Assembly: GCF_902713615.1 (NCBI RefSeq)
Contig: NC_052152.1
Span: 142,712,815-142,776,814 of the forward strand
Direction of reading: 5' to 3'
Source: Scyliorhinus canicula
Taxonomy: Eukaryota
Length of the DNA: 64,000 bases
Made by a program: the position numbers and the translations under genes
The notes under the pieces: model-generated
What the model saw: the letters and a program-made list of their open reading frames with translations, nothing else
Database searches by the model: none
What the model was told of the DNA's origin: nothing
Shown: positions 26,008-37,506 of the stretch, piece by piece
Layout: every line of letters begins with the position of its first letter
Position numbering within the stretch: position 1 is the stretch's first letter

Positions 26008-26643
26008 GGGTGTGATTCAGCAGACATAAAACAAAGTGCGTTTTGGGCCAGTTTGGCGGGATGTTTCTCAGCAGCTGCAGTGCTCTGGACCCCTCTTCTC
26101 CCCACCAACCTTCTTGAGGCCCCTGGAACCGTCTCTTCTAATGGGCAAAGTCACCCAGGCCCAACCCCGGCAGTGCGAACCTGGCATCCTGGCTGTGTCA
26201 CCCGGGCACATTGGCACTGTCAGGGTGCTAGGCTGGCAGTGCAAAGGTGCCTCAGTGCCGGGGCAGTGCTAGGGGACTACCCTGGACCTCCCCGACCACC
26301 TGGGGGCTCCAATGGCCTTCGAGACTCCCCAAGGTGCCATCATACCTGGTTCACGTTTGATGAAACCAGTAATAAACGGCACCTGGTCGAGGTGTCGCAG
26401 GAGCAGCCATTGACTCCTGGGCACTGGGTGAAAGCGGCATCCGGATATTGAAAGGCTCATTTAAACCTCATTATCTGGATTATGCACAGTGAGATCGAGA
26501 TCCAGATCGTGCCAGGTGGAGCGAGTCAGGTGACTCACAAACAGCTCGGCCCCCAGTGTGGAAGCCCAATTTGGGGCTCTTGCAGGATTCACTCATTATG
26601 CCCAGCTACACGCCAGGTGCAACACTGTGTCTGAATTGCACCC
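26008..26643. mobile_element. Older Harbinger-type MITE
   Basis: GGGTGTGATTCAG / CTGAATTGCACCC, TSD TTT/TTT. Confidence 0.8.
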
Positions 26644-27099
26644 TTTTTCTGCAGATTGAGATCTGCCAAAGCTTGGAAAAGATGAAGGAACTATTCAACT
26701 TATTTCCTTTCACAGCAAAATGCTGCTCGACAAAAATGAACAATGGCACTGTAAAACAGTAAATGCACAATGTTTAACAAAGAAGATGCAATATGGATGC
26801 TTCAACCAAGTCACAATCATATGATGGGAGCCTCATCCACAAAAGTATTTCAGGAACCCAGGAAGGTTCTCCACATGAACCAAATGTGTTTATTAAACAT
26901 ATTAACAGTATCTGTTAATATGTAACCTCTGTATCCAACAGTCAGACAGGTCAGTTCCATCTGTACACCGCAGCTGACTGAATTAACTCTAAGTGGAGTC
27001 ACATCAGTGGTATTCCACTGACTACCTTGTCCCAAATGTTATGTTTCTGATTCACCATTGACGTAACGCATTGTGCCAAACTTGTTCCCATGTGATCTC

Positions 27100-27336
27100 T
27101 TTGAGAAGTTTTGCTGGATTGAGGTTGAGGACATTTGCTGGATTGAATGTGAATTTCTTTGCCATATAGAAGGCAAGGAGCTTTGCCGGATTGAAGGCGA
27201 GGATCATTGCCGGATTGAGGGCGAGGAGTTTTCCGGATTCAAGGTTCAGAACTTTGCCGTATTGAAGGGGAGGACTTTTGCTTGATTGAGGGCAATTTTT
27301 GCAGAATTGAGGGTGAGGAGCTTTGCTGGACTGAAG
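27100..27336. repeat. Degenerate 21-24 bp minisatellite, about 10 units
   Basis: Recurrent TTTGCYGGATTGARGGYGAGGA. Confidence 0.8.
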
Positions 27337-27344
27337 CAGACACG

Positions 27345-27652
27345 TTGGCACAGTAATTAGCAATGCTGTCTCCAGCTCCAGGGACTTTGGGTGACTGTCT
27401 ATGTGGAGTTTGCACGTTCCCCCCCTGTATCTGTGTGGGTTTCCTCCGGGTGCTCTGGTTTCCTCCCACAGTCCATAGATGAGCAGGTTAGGTGGATTGA
27501 CAGTGCTAAATTCCCCTTAGTGTCCAAAGGTTATGTGGGGTTAAGGGGATAGAATGGGGGAGTGGGCTTAGGAAGGGTGCTCTTTCAGAGGGTCAGTGCA
27601 GACTTGATGGTCCGAATGGCCTCTTTCTGCATTGGAGGGGTCCTATGATTCC
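27345..27652 (+). mobile_element. HE1-type V-SINE
   Basis: V-domain GTGGGTTTCCTCCGGGTGCTC..GTTTCCTCCCACAGTCC and a CR1-like tail. Confidence 0.85.
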
Positions 27653-28113
27653 ATTTTATTAACCATGTTGTGCTTATTAATCATTCCCATAGAGTTCTAT
27701 AATGGCTTTTTAGTAAAGTGTATCTTGTTCATTAAAACATTTGCATTGCATTTGTATTAATTCAGAGAGGTAAAACATAGAACACACTCCATTCCTGAAC
27801 ACATGCTCTTACATGCGCTGATGTATGAAATTTGTGCTGCAACTGTTAACTTTCAATGCTGGGAAAAGTAAGTCTCTGGTCTTCAAGTACAAACCTTTAT
27901 GAAGCACAGTAATTTCAGTCACAGAAACTATAATTATTTTGATTTGTGAGACCAACAAACAATTTTTCAAATCAGTTACTATTGAGAGAGGAGAGCAGGG
28001 TTGCCCTCTGCCAGCAGAACTTTACTCCATTTCTTTTACCTCTTCAACTCAATGAACCAAATCACGAGTAAAAAAAAGTTATTACACGCATTGGTCTCCG
28101 AGCAAAAGAGACT

Positions 28114-28746
28114 GGGCGCGATTCTCCCAAAACGGGAGAAATCGTAAGGCTGGCGTCAAACCCGGGCAGGTTTGACGCCAGTGTGCCCCTTCCCGACCGG
28201 GAACCGATTCTGGTCCCCGGTCGGGGCTAGCAGCCCGACGCCGCAAGCTCCGGCATCACGGGCTTAACGAATTTCGTTAAGCCCGCTTGCTGGAGTTAGC
28301 GCCGGCTGATGCGTCATATGACGTCAGCCGCGCATGCGCGGATTGGAAGACTCCAACCCGCGCATGCGCGGATGACGTCATCGCGTATTTGTGCGAAACC
28401 CGCGCATGCGCGGGCCCGGGATGCCCCTCAGCCGCCCCGCGAATGGATACTGCGGGGCGGCGGAAGAACAAATAGTGCGCGGGCATCGGGCCCGCTGCCC
28501 GCGATCGGTGCCCACCAGACCAGGTCTGTTTGCCGTTCGTAAAAACAGCGTAAAGGGCTGGGACTTCGGCCCATCGAACAGCTGTGAATCGCTGCCGGCC
28601 GTAAAAAAACGGCGGCAGCGATTCGTGTCGGGAGTTGGGCGGGGGGGGGGGGGGGGGGGGGGGAGAATAGCGGGAGGGCGGGAAAAATGTCGGGAAGGCC
28701 CTCCCGCTATTCTCCGACCCGTCGTGGGGGTCGGAGAATTTCGCCC
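28114..28746. mobile_element. Young Harbinger MITE (family A)
   Basis: GGGCGCGATTCTCC / GGAGAATTTCGCCC, exact TSD ACT; inverted homologue of 54268-55006. Confidence 0.92.
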
Positions 28747-30260
28747 ACTGCATTTCATGTTTTTGTTCCTTGGAAAGTGTGGACAAGGCGACATAAACGT
28801 AGGTCTCAGTAGTTAGTTTGAAACTTCACTTTCAATCAGTTTTTACATCAGGTTGTACAGAACCGAGTGTCCAGTACTCGAATCAATCTTAATGATGACA
28901 ACTTGACAGAAGGTAAATATTTGTAGAATTTTCTTTGTGTCAGAGGTGAAGCAATTCTCAATCATGAGGTACACTGCTCAGAAGAGAATTCAATCCATTT
29001 ATTGAGCAGATGTAGCATTCCAGATAAAGCATTTGTTTCCCAGATGAACCAGAAAGGATTCAAACATCAGTTGACCCCAAGAATTACGGTGCTGTTTTCT
29101 CACTAGATTCAAAGTGCAATTCATAGAATGGCAGATAAACCTACGACTGAGTGACATCAAGAATGTCAGTATATCAGTGTAATCTCAATCTTGCACATGA
29201 GCACACTTCAGCCAATATTATTCCTTATATTATATATCGATTTTTAGACATGTATAGTTGTTTTGTTTGAGAGGTCTTTTTTTTTTCATTTTTGGAAAAG
29301 TTTATTTTTACCGACATGAGTGTCAGACTAGAGGGAAAGGAATAGCAGCCTCTTAGAAGAAAATCGTGCAATACTACCACTGATATTGTATCTTGGTCAA
29401 TAGCAATCAAGTTTTCAATGGTTTGTGACATGAGGAAACCTAAAACGTACTTCTTTCACACAGGTTAGATAAGTAGTATTCAGATTTTCTTCGTCACATC
29501 TCGAAATAACTTAGATAAGGAGGTCCATTCCAACTATACCCCACACCTAGTGTTGAACTGAGGCGGACTTTCGTCTGATAATTCCTGGAACAGGTCGCTA
29601 CTCTGTTGCCAGAGGTTTATAGCCTGAGGAAGGGGGTCACTCCACATCAAGCGTGGCTGACTGGGAGTCTCCCCTGCTCTTACCGTCAGACATTGGAAGG
29701 ATTTTGCAGGTTGACAGAATTAACCTATTTGGCTGTGTTATTAATTGGTCGTCAAGTCCTGGAGCTTCTAGTTCAGAGGCAGGGTGCTACCCATTGTGCC
29801 ACACAATTGCCTGACATAAACAGGAGCACCTTTTAAACATTCTACAGGATTCATTTATTTTTACTGCAGTTGCAAATTGAAGCACAGTGAATAACTCATT
29901 AAGCATGGTACCAGACATTGCTTCCTTTGTGACATTTTAGAGCTTGTATCCAGTATGTTTGACATACTGTTTCAAAATGGTTTATAAAAATTCATTTCTA
30001 TCCTTTGAAGATTTATCCCATCCCTCTGCATGTGAACAGGTTATTATCCAACCATTGTAATTGAGTGTCAGCTTCAAGAGAAACCAGGATTTCTCTGGCT
30101 ATTAAACAGAATATGTTGCCCTTGTGATTTTAAGACTGTTGACAAGCTATATATCAATTTCCAAATTAAGAATATCCCATCCATATCAAAACCAAGAGTC
30201 TTGTGGTGCAAGTGTGTCGCATCCTCCGAGCCATAAGCTCTGGGTTCAAGTCCAACGAAT

Positions 30261-30585
30261 CCATAGAAACCCTTCAGTGCAGAAGGAGGCCATTTTGCCC
30301 ATTGAGTCTGCACCGACCCTTTGATAGAACACCCTACCTAGGCCCACTCCTCCATCCTATTTCCATAACCCCACCTATTTTGGGAGCCTAAGGGGCAATT
30401 TACCATGGCCAATCCACCTAACCTGCACATCTCTGGAATGTGGGAGGAAACCGGAGCACCCAGCCAAAACCCAAGCAATTAGGGGAGAATGTGCAAACTC
30501 CATGCAGTCACCCAAGGCCAGAATTTAACCTGGCTCCCTGGTGATGTGAGGCAGCAGTGCTTACCACTGTGCCACTGTTCTGCCC
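30261..30585 (-). mobile_element. HE1-type V-SINE
   Basis: Reverse V-domain and tRNA-like head. Confidence 0.85.
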
Positions 30586-30949
30586 ACTCCAGGACTTGAT
30601 GACCAAGAAAGGTGCATTCATAGCTTGGATAAGCAGATTGATTATCAACTTGTAAAGCTTTCCATCACACAGCACTGGCAGGCTGTAAGAGCAGAAAAGA
30701 TTCCTGGTCAGCTATCTGACGGAAATAAATTAGAGCCTATACCACCACAATCCATGATTCCAGGTTACAAGAGGCATGCAACTACTAATGATTGCCCCCC
30801 CCTCCACCCCCGCATTGGAGGAGCCCATACTGCCCAAGAGTCATGGGATAACCAATTCTCCCCAGCCAATAGGATTCATGCATATTATAACAGCATGCAA
30901 CCAGCCAGCAGTGTGGACCGCATGCAGAAACCATGGAAATGAGGAGGCA

Positions 30950-31260
30950 GTATAAAGTGTGTGGAATAGGTCAACTTGATTGTGACAGTAAACTGTGAAA
31001 TATTGCGAGTGCCTCCAGCTCCCATTTGAAAGAAGCCAGCTGTATAAAAGCTCATTGCATGTCAGCTTTACAGCAAATGGCAATGCTGACCTTGCCCTGC
31101 TCTGAAATTGCAGTTGTAGCTGCAGCCGGTGGCATATTTCAATGGGGGTTCGCTTAATGGAGCATGGACAGTCCTTTTTACGTCCAGCTGGAAAATTGAC
31201 CTCTGAACCCTTGGACGGATTGCCCTCCATGGTGAACTCCTCTCCTCCACCTTCTCCTCC
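30950..31260 (-). pseudogene. Very old Harbinger transposase N-terminal relic
   Basis: RPRV..., EICHRLQLQLQFQSRARSALPFAVKLT, SFYTAGFFQMGAG...NISQF, matching the pattern of the 22188 transposase. Confidence 0.65.
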
Positions 31261-31964
31261 CTCTTTCAGCAACTTGGCCTGCTCTGTGTTTTATCTGCTT
31301 GTTTTCCCAGTCAAGCTATTTTCTAAAATGCCTACCAGTGCACCCATGTCTGGAAGCAATTCGTTCGTGCAGAAAATCAGGAAAAGCTGTTCAGTGGCTC
31401 TACAACCGGAGAAAACTATAGAAAATAGTTGTACAATTGTAGCAACAGCCAAAAGAAACCAAGCAGCAACTCACCTGAGTAGCTCTTCTGATTTATTTCA
31501 TTGGATCATCGCTGGCAAGGTCAATATTTATAGGCCATCCCTAACTGTACTTAAATTGAGTGGCTTTCTAGACCATTTCAGAGGGAAATTAAGAGTCAAC
31601 GTGCTGATGGCCTCTTTAAATGGCACTGCTGGGCAATTGGGGGGGGGTGGGGGGAGTGATATGGATGGGAGGGTGGAGGTAGAGTGTCCTTCTGGTTGCT
31701 TATCTACATTCAGCCAAAGTTGAAAGAGTTTGTTGAGTGACAGACGTCATGATCTACCAACTCTGCATGTGTCCAGCGCAATCAGCTGTGAGCATTAACA
31801 CCCTCACCAAGATTAATCCTAGCATGATTCGCAGTACTGAGCATGCATGAGTCAGATGTCACTTTGGACTAACAGCAGCAGTAACCAGCGGCTTCAACCA
31901 AGTCTATCTTAGTGCCCAATAAGTCTAATGTTATATGAACTGGATGCTGGTTCATTCTCAGAAG

Positions 31965-32643
31965 ACGTGATTTAATGGCCTCGTCGCACCCGACTGCATG
32001 ACACGACGAGGCCGTTTAATTTTGCGGGATCCATGACGTTTGAAACGCCCTCACTAGGTGAGATCCAGATTACCATATTCTCATGTCTGTGCCGTATTTT
32101 CCCGAGGTCTGGGAACTAACTGCCTTGCATGGGAAACCTCATCATGGCACTGTTTAGCACTGGTCCACACAAACGTGGACCAGGCATGATGGCACCTGGA
32201 GAGGTCCCCCAGGCCTTTGGAGGTTTCTGGGTGGTCAAGCTCTGGCGGAGTGGTACCGTGGTACACCTGCTGGCACCTGGGCACCCTGACACTGTCACCC
32301 AGGCACCCTGGCAGTGCAACCCTGGTTTCCCATGCCATGGACTTGGCTCTGGAGTGCCTTGCCCTTATGAGGTGGGGTGAGGGGGACTCAAGGACCCCTA
32401 AGAGGCAAGATGTATCAGTAGGAGGGTCCGGAGGCCAGGGTGGGGAGCAGTGGCGAGTTGAGCTCATCAGTACTTCAATAAGTATGGTCTTGGCAGGGCG
32501 TTCCCTGCAGAAGCTAAAAGAAAGACAGAGTCCCATTGGATAACAAGGTCATTCTGGCACTGTAGGGACATCCCATTTACCAGCAATGGGACTATAGGAT
32601 CCTGCTGAAAATCACACGACTGGGGAATCGGAGAATTCAGTCC
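31965..32643. mobile_element. Older Harbinger-type MITE
   Basis: Shares GGCCTCGTCGCACCCGAC and TGGCA repeats with 46467-47123; right end GGAGAATTCAGTCC. Confidence 0.6.
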
Positions 32644-32885
32644 ACTGTGTTTCATCACAGCGATCACTTGGAAGAATGTATTCATAAATAATCTATATAA
32701 AACCACGTTGAATTCCCCCTCATTATGTACAGGAGTGTCTTTAAATTGGCAAAGATTGTGCAAAGATCTTCCACCAGTATGCTGTGACTTACAGGGCTTT
32801 ATAATTCTCAACCCATTTCTTACATTACATGTGCCAGTGATTGCAGGAAAAAAAACAACTGGTCCATCAAAATCTGCCTGCACAC

Positions 32886-33304
32886 TGTCATGATCTGCAA
32901 ACATGCAACCAATGAACACTCAAAATAGGACGCAACCAATGAACACTCAAAATAGGACACAACCAATGGGTAGTCAGGACACTCAGAGGTGGCATGACCA
33001 CAAGGGGGCATGACATAAACACTATAAAAGGGATGAGGCACTCACACCCTGCCTCTTTCCACAGAAAACGTCTAGAGAGTTAGACAGGGTTGATCAGCAG
33101 CATCACACCCCAGCACGTGGCTTAGAGCAAGCTGGTACAGTTAGACTGAGTTACTACAGTTAGATTAGCAGAAATTTGAACTCATTTGAGAACTGTGTTA
33201 ATAGTTCAATAAACACGTTGAACTCATTTCAGAGGGTGGAGCATCCTTTAGTTAAGACTGCATCAAGTAGCAGCCTGTGTTATCCGAAGCAGCATAACAC
33301 AACA
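32886..33304 (+). mobile_element. Solo LTR
   Basis: TG...CA termini, 5-bp TSD CACAC, three CCAAT boxes, TATAAAA at about 33023, AATAAA at about 33208. Confidence 0.88.
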
Positions 33305-33512
33305 CACACTGATAAGGATTGGCTTTCCATACACCCCCACCCATGCAGGTAGTCTTTTAGCGGGTGAGGTTCGAAAAGAAGGGCTGTACTATGGTCCAGT
33401 ATTCCCTAATAATGGAAGTTTATGGTACCAATACAACATTTCCGTGGAAAACTTGACGGAATCACATAAATTAACCTGAAATTCATCAGTCTGGTAACAT
33501 GTAAATTGAACT

Positions 33513-33540
33513 GGGCGGGATTTTCCCCTACCCGGCGGGG

Positions 33541-33587
<47 letters not shown>

Positions 33588-34256
33588 CCCGGCATGTTGG
33601 AGTGGCGTGAACCACTCCGGCATCGGGCCGCCCCAAAGGTGCGGAATTCTCCGCACCTTTAAGGGCCAAGCCCTCACATTGAGGGGCTAGGCCCGCGCCG
33701 GAGTGGTTCCCACTCTGCCGGCTGGCGTGAACGACCTTTGGCGCCATGCCAGCCGGGGCCGAAAGGACTTCACCGGCCGGCATAAGTCCGCGCATATGCC
33801 GGAGCGTCAGCAGTTGCTGACGTCATACCGGCACATGCGCAGGGGAGGGGGTCTCTTCTGCCTCCGCCATGGTGAAGACCATGGCGAAGGTGGAAGAAAA
33901 AGAATGCCCCCACAGCACAGGCCCGCCCGCCGATCGGTGGGCCCCGATTGCGGGCCAGGCCACCGTGGGGGCACCCCCCGGGGTCAGATCGCCCCGCGCC
34001 GCCACCCCAGGACCCGAGAGCCCGCCCGCGCCGCCAATCCCGCCGGTCAGGTAGGTGGTTTAAATGACGCCGGCGGGAGAGGCCTGTCAGTGGCGGGACT
34101 TCGGCCCATCGCGGGCTGGAGAATCGCCTCAGGGGGCTCGCCGACCGGCGCGTGGGGCCCGCTGACCGGCGTGGAATCTTGGGGGGGCGGAGAATTCGGA
34201 ACACGGCGGGGGCGGGATTGACGCCAGCCCCTAGCGATTCTCCAACCCCCCCCGCC
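33513..34256. mobile_element. Harbinger MITE (family B) with expanded poly-G and damaged right TIR
   Basis: GGGCGGGATTTTCC start, ACT on both flanks; inverted homologue of 50349-50936. Confidence 0.85.
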
Positions 34257-35559
34257 ACTGGTCTTTCAAACTACTATGAAAATACTTTCTAAGTACTTTA
34301 ATAAGGATTGTCTCTTCTTTGGTAGGATATATATTTGGCTTGTATTAAGATAGGCAACATATATCTGTCAGGAATTTTGGTCTTTGGGCTTTCCAGAATC
34401 TACTCATACTGGGGGAAGATAATCATTATGTTTATTACACGTCACAAATATCATAAAGTGGTTCCTTATGTCCAGGTTTTCAGTTCCATTATATAAAATG
34501 CACTAAAGATATCTTTCCCCAGTGAGTTAGGTTTGCCATGAAAGAAATTGAATGTAAAACGAAATTGTGAAGTATGCAAATTTGGCATGTTACGGATATC
34601 ATTACTTCAAATGCAGATCGTCTGCTATGTAAGCGATAGAAGCTGGAGTTAATGTTTAAAAGTTTACCTGTATTATTAGTGTTTCAGTTTCATCCTTGCA
34701 TGAGACAGTTTGCGTGCCCATCAGTATAGATGGTACAATATTGAGTGTAGAGTGAATGAGAAAGAGGAAGTACAAAGCACCAGGCAACACAATCCTCCAA
34801 AACAGCAACTTGGTAATCGCTGAGAGCAAAATGAAAAACTCCAACGTCACTAAACCAAATTCAACTCAAATCCTTTGAAACCAATTTGTATACTAGAAGG
34901 AATTTCCAATTCACCAGAAAATAGAATAATCAGGATGCTGGCAAACTTAACTTCAGGGCTAATTGGATTTTTTTTAATGGCAGCTTTCCTGACTAGCTCA
35001 ATATTTATTCGCAAAATACTCTCTTCTCCTCCAGCCAACACTTTCCCTAGCTCAAGATGTTTTCAGAAAGCAACAATTATATGGCATGGTCAGCTTAAGA
35101 AAACGACGAACATTTTCTGTTTCTCACACAGTAAGAATCTCATTTCAAGGCAGTGAAATTGAATTGGGTTTGAGTAGGAGTAACTGTATAGGCGGCATTA
35201 ACTTTTATGCATCGCTGTAAGATCAAAAGAAGGTGCACAACCACATTTGATTAAAAGCTTCTCTGCACTGTGTTCTATCCTCTTCCTCAGATTGAGTAAA
35301 GAAGGACTACAGTAAATTGTTTTATCTTGTACCAACCAAACACAAAGACAAAGACAAATTACAGCCACAGAAAGGGCTGGCCCTCAGTCAATAGTACAAT
35401 GCAAGTTTGACCCAATTTTACACTAGATAAGACTTTTTGTTCCCAGAATCGTGTCATTCTATTGGTTCTTAAGGCTCGGTGAGCCTGGTACACACTACTT
35501 CCACCAGAGATTTTATTTTCTTTCTCTTATTATTCAAACTATACCAAACTATACCTATT

Positions 35560-36209
35560 CAAGAAGGCATACAGCATGCTTGCCTTCATCGGACGGGGTA
35601 TTGAGCACAAGAGTCGGCAGGTCATGTTACAGTTGTATAGGACTTTGGTTAGGCCACATTTGGAATACTGCGTGCAGTTCTGGTCGCTGCATTACCAGAA
35701 GGATGTGGATGCTTTAGAGAGAGTGCAGAGGAGGTTCACCAGGATGTTGCCTGGTATGGAGGGTGCTAGCTATGAAGAAAGGTTGAGTAGATTAGGATTG
35801 TTTTCGTTGGAAAGAGGGAGGTTGAGGGGGGACCTGATTGAGGTCAACAAAATTATGAGGTATGGACAGGGTGGATAGCAACAAGCTTTTTCCAAGAGTG
35901 GGGGTGTCAATTACAAGGGGTCACGATTTCAAGGTGAGAGGGGGAAAGTTGAAGGGGGATGTCGTGAAAAGTTTTTTACGCAAAGGGTGGTGGGTTCCTG
36001 GATCGCTTTGCCAGCGGAGGTGGTAGAGGCGGGCACGATAGCATTATTTAAGATGCATCTAGACAGATATATGAACAGGCGGGGAACAGAGGGAAGTAGA
36101 TCCTTGGAAAATAGGCGACAGGTTTAGATAAAGGATCTGGATCAGCGCAGGCTGGGAGGGCCGAAGGGCCTGTTCCTGTGCTGTCATTTTCTTTGTTCTT
36201 TGTTCTTTA
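35560..36209 (+). mobile_element. CR1 LINE 3' fragment
   Basis: MLAFIGRGIE...LVRPHLEYCVQFWS; (TTCTTTG)3 tail. Confidence 0.92.
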
Positions 36210-36465
36210 TAAAGTTCACTCGAACAGCACATCAACAGAACAGTTTCATTCTCCAATTGTACTAATAGGATCCAACATTCCACTTAAGCAGTTCAATCAA
36301 TAACTTCTTTTTATAGCCCTTACAGCCATATCACAGATTCCAATTTGTATTTTCCAACTGGCTGTTGGGGTTTATTTTCACATTTGTAAAAGATTAAAGT
36401 CAGCGAAGGGAATTAGGTGTTCACTGAACCTGAGCACTAATTAGCTTTGCTGGTCCATCCCCTAC

Positions 36466-36640
36466 CTGGCTTTGGAACTTCCCGTGTAGTCAGGAGTGGA
36501 TGCTCCCTGTACCCTGCTGTATCTGATGGTTCATTTCCATTTGAGACACTCCCTCCTTTCCTTGTCTCTGCAACGTTACTTTGAGCCCACGTCACTTCGT
36601 CCTCTCCACGGATAGAGGTAACTGTGAACCTCTTGCTCAT
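36466..36640 (-). CDS. slc12a5: First coding exon (exon 1a-like) of a K-Cl cotransporter, best match KCC2a
   Basis: Translates MSKRFTVTSIRGEDEVTWAQSNVAETRKGGSVSNGNEPSDTAGYREHPLLTTREVPKP+G. The N-terminus closely matches mammalian KCC2a MSRRFTVTSL (recalled), with an RFxV motif. Length 175 nt, ending CCAG|gtaggg = phase-1 donor, as expected for KCC first exons joining G|DGNP. It lies in non-repetitive sequence. Paralogue slc12a7 is not excluded, and exon 2 was not found in the window. Confidence 0.7.
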
Positions 36641-36739
36641 CTCTCAAGAAAAATGAACAAATAACAATGCAAAGTAAAAGTGCCTCAAAAACACGAGAGG
36701 ACGAGAACACTGCAGGCAGCAACCTTCCTCAGCATCTCA

Positions 36740-36780
36740 ATGCTGAATGAATTGCTTGCTACTGGACTTTATATTTACTC
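36740..36780 (-). promoter_or_regulatory. Putative core promoter of the KCC exon (TATA + Inr)
   Basis: Minus-strand TATAAAG at 36773-36767, an Inr-like TTCATTC about 25 nt downstream (36751-36745), about 105 nt before the ATG. Confidence 0.35.
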
Positions 36781-36882
36781 TGTCCCCACTGGGTCTTAGT
36801 GCCCAACCCGTTCTTTTCGATGCTCATGTAAATAAGGATCAGCAAACAATGTGGGGGGGGGGAAAGAACTGCAGCAGGTTTC

Positions 36883-37378
36883 TAGAATCCCTCCATTGCA
36901 GAAGGAGGCCATTCGGCCCATCAAATCTGCCACCGACCCTTCAAAGGAGCACTCTACCCATGCCCACTTCCCCCCTATTCCTATAATCCTCTAACCTAAC
37001 CTACACGTCCCTGGACACTAAGGGACAATTTAGTTTGGCCAATCCAGCTAACCTGCACATCTTTGGACAGTGGGAGGAAACTGGAGCACCCGGAGGAAAC
37101 TCGCTCAGATATGGGGAGAATGTACAAACTCCACACGGAGCATTAGATTCAGTTCCAGCATATTTTTCTTTTTGAAAACTGAGCATTTTTCTTTTCCCAA
37201 TTAAGTGGCAATTTAGTGTGGCCAATCTAATTACCATGCACGTCCTTGGGTTATGGGGGTGAGACCCTTACAGACAATGTCCAAACTCCGCATGGACAGT
37301 TACCCGGGGCCAGGATTGAACCCGGATCCTTGGTGCCGTGATGCAGCTGTGCTAACCATTGTGCCATTGTGCCACCCC
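36883..37378 (-). mobile_element. Two tandem HE1-related SINE fragments
   Basis: V-domain at about 37070-37100; tRNA-like head at about 37300-37375. Confidence 0.8.
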
Positions 37379-37506
37379 CCAGTTCCAGAATCTTAATGAT
37401 ACCTCCTTATATTATTTTTAACTTCCTGAAACAAAGGATTAGAAGAAAAGGCATCTATGCCATAAACCATGGTTGAAGTCTAAAGCTGATAGTTTATTTC
37501 AAAGCA

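Noticed and set aside
28277-28816. Many overlapping ORFs in GC-rich blocks (also 33.4-34.3, 50.3-51.7 and 54.2-54.9 kb)
   Set aside because: Non-coding MITEs; high GC explains the open frames.
34668-34850. Possible alternative first exon MGTQTVSCKDETETLIIQ|gtaaac (minus)
   Set aside because: Phase 0, incompatible with the phase-1 KCC exon 2, and no recognisable homology.
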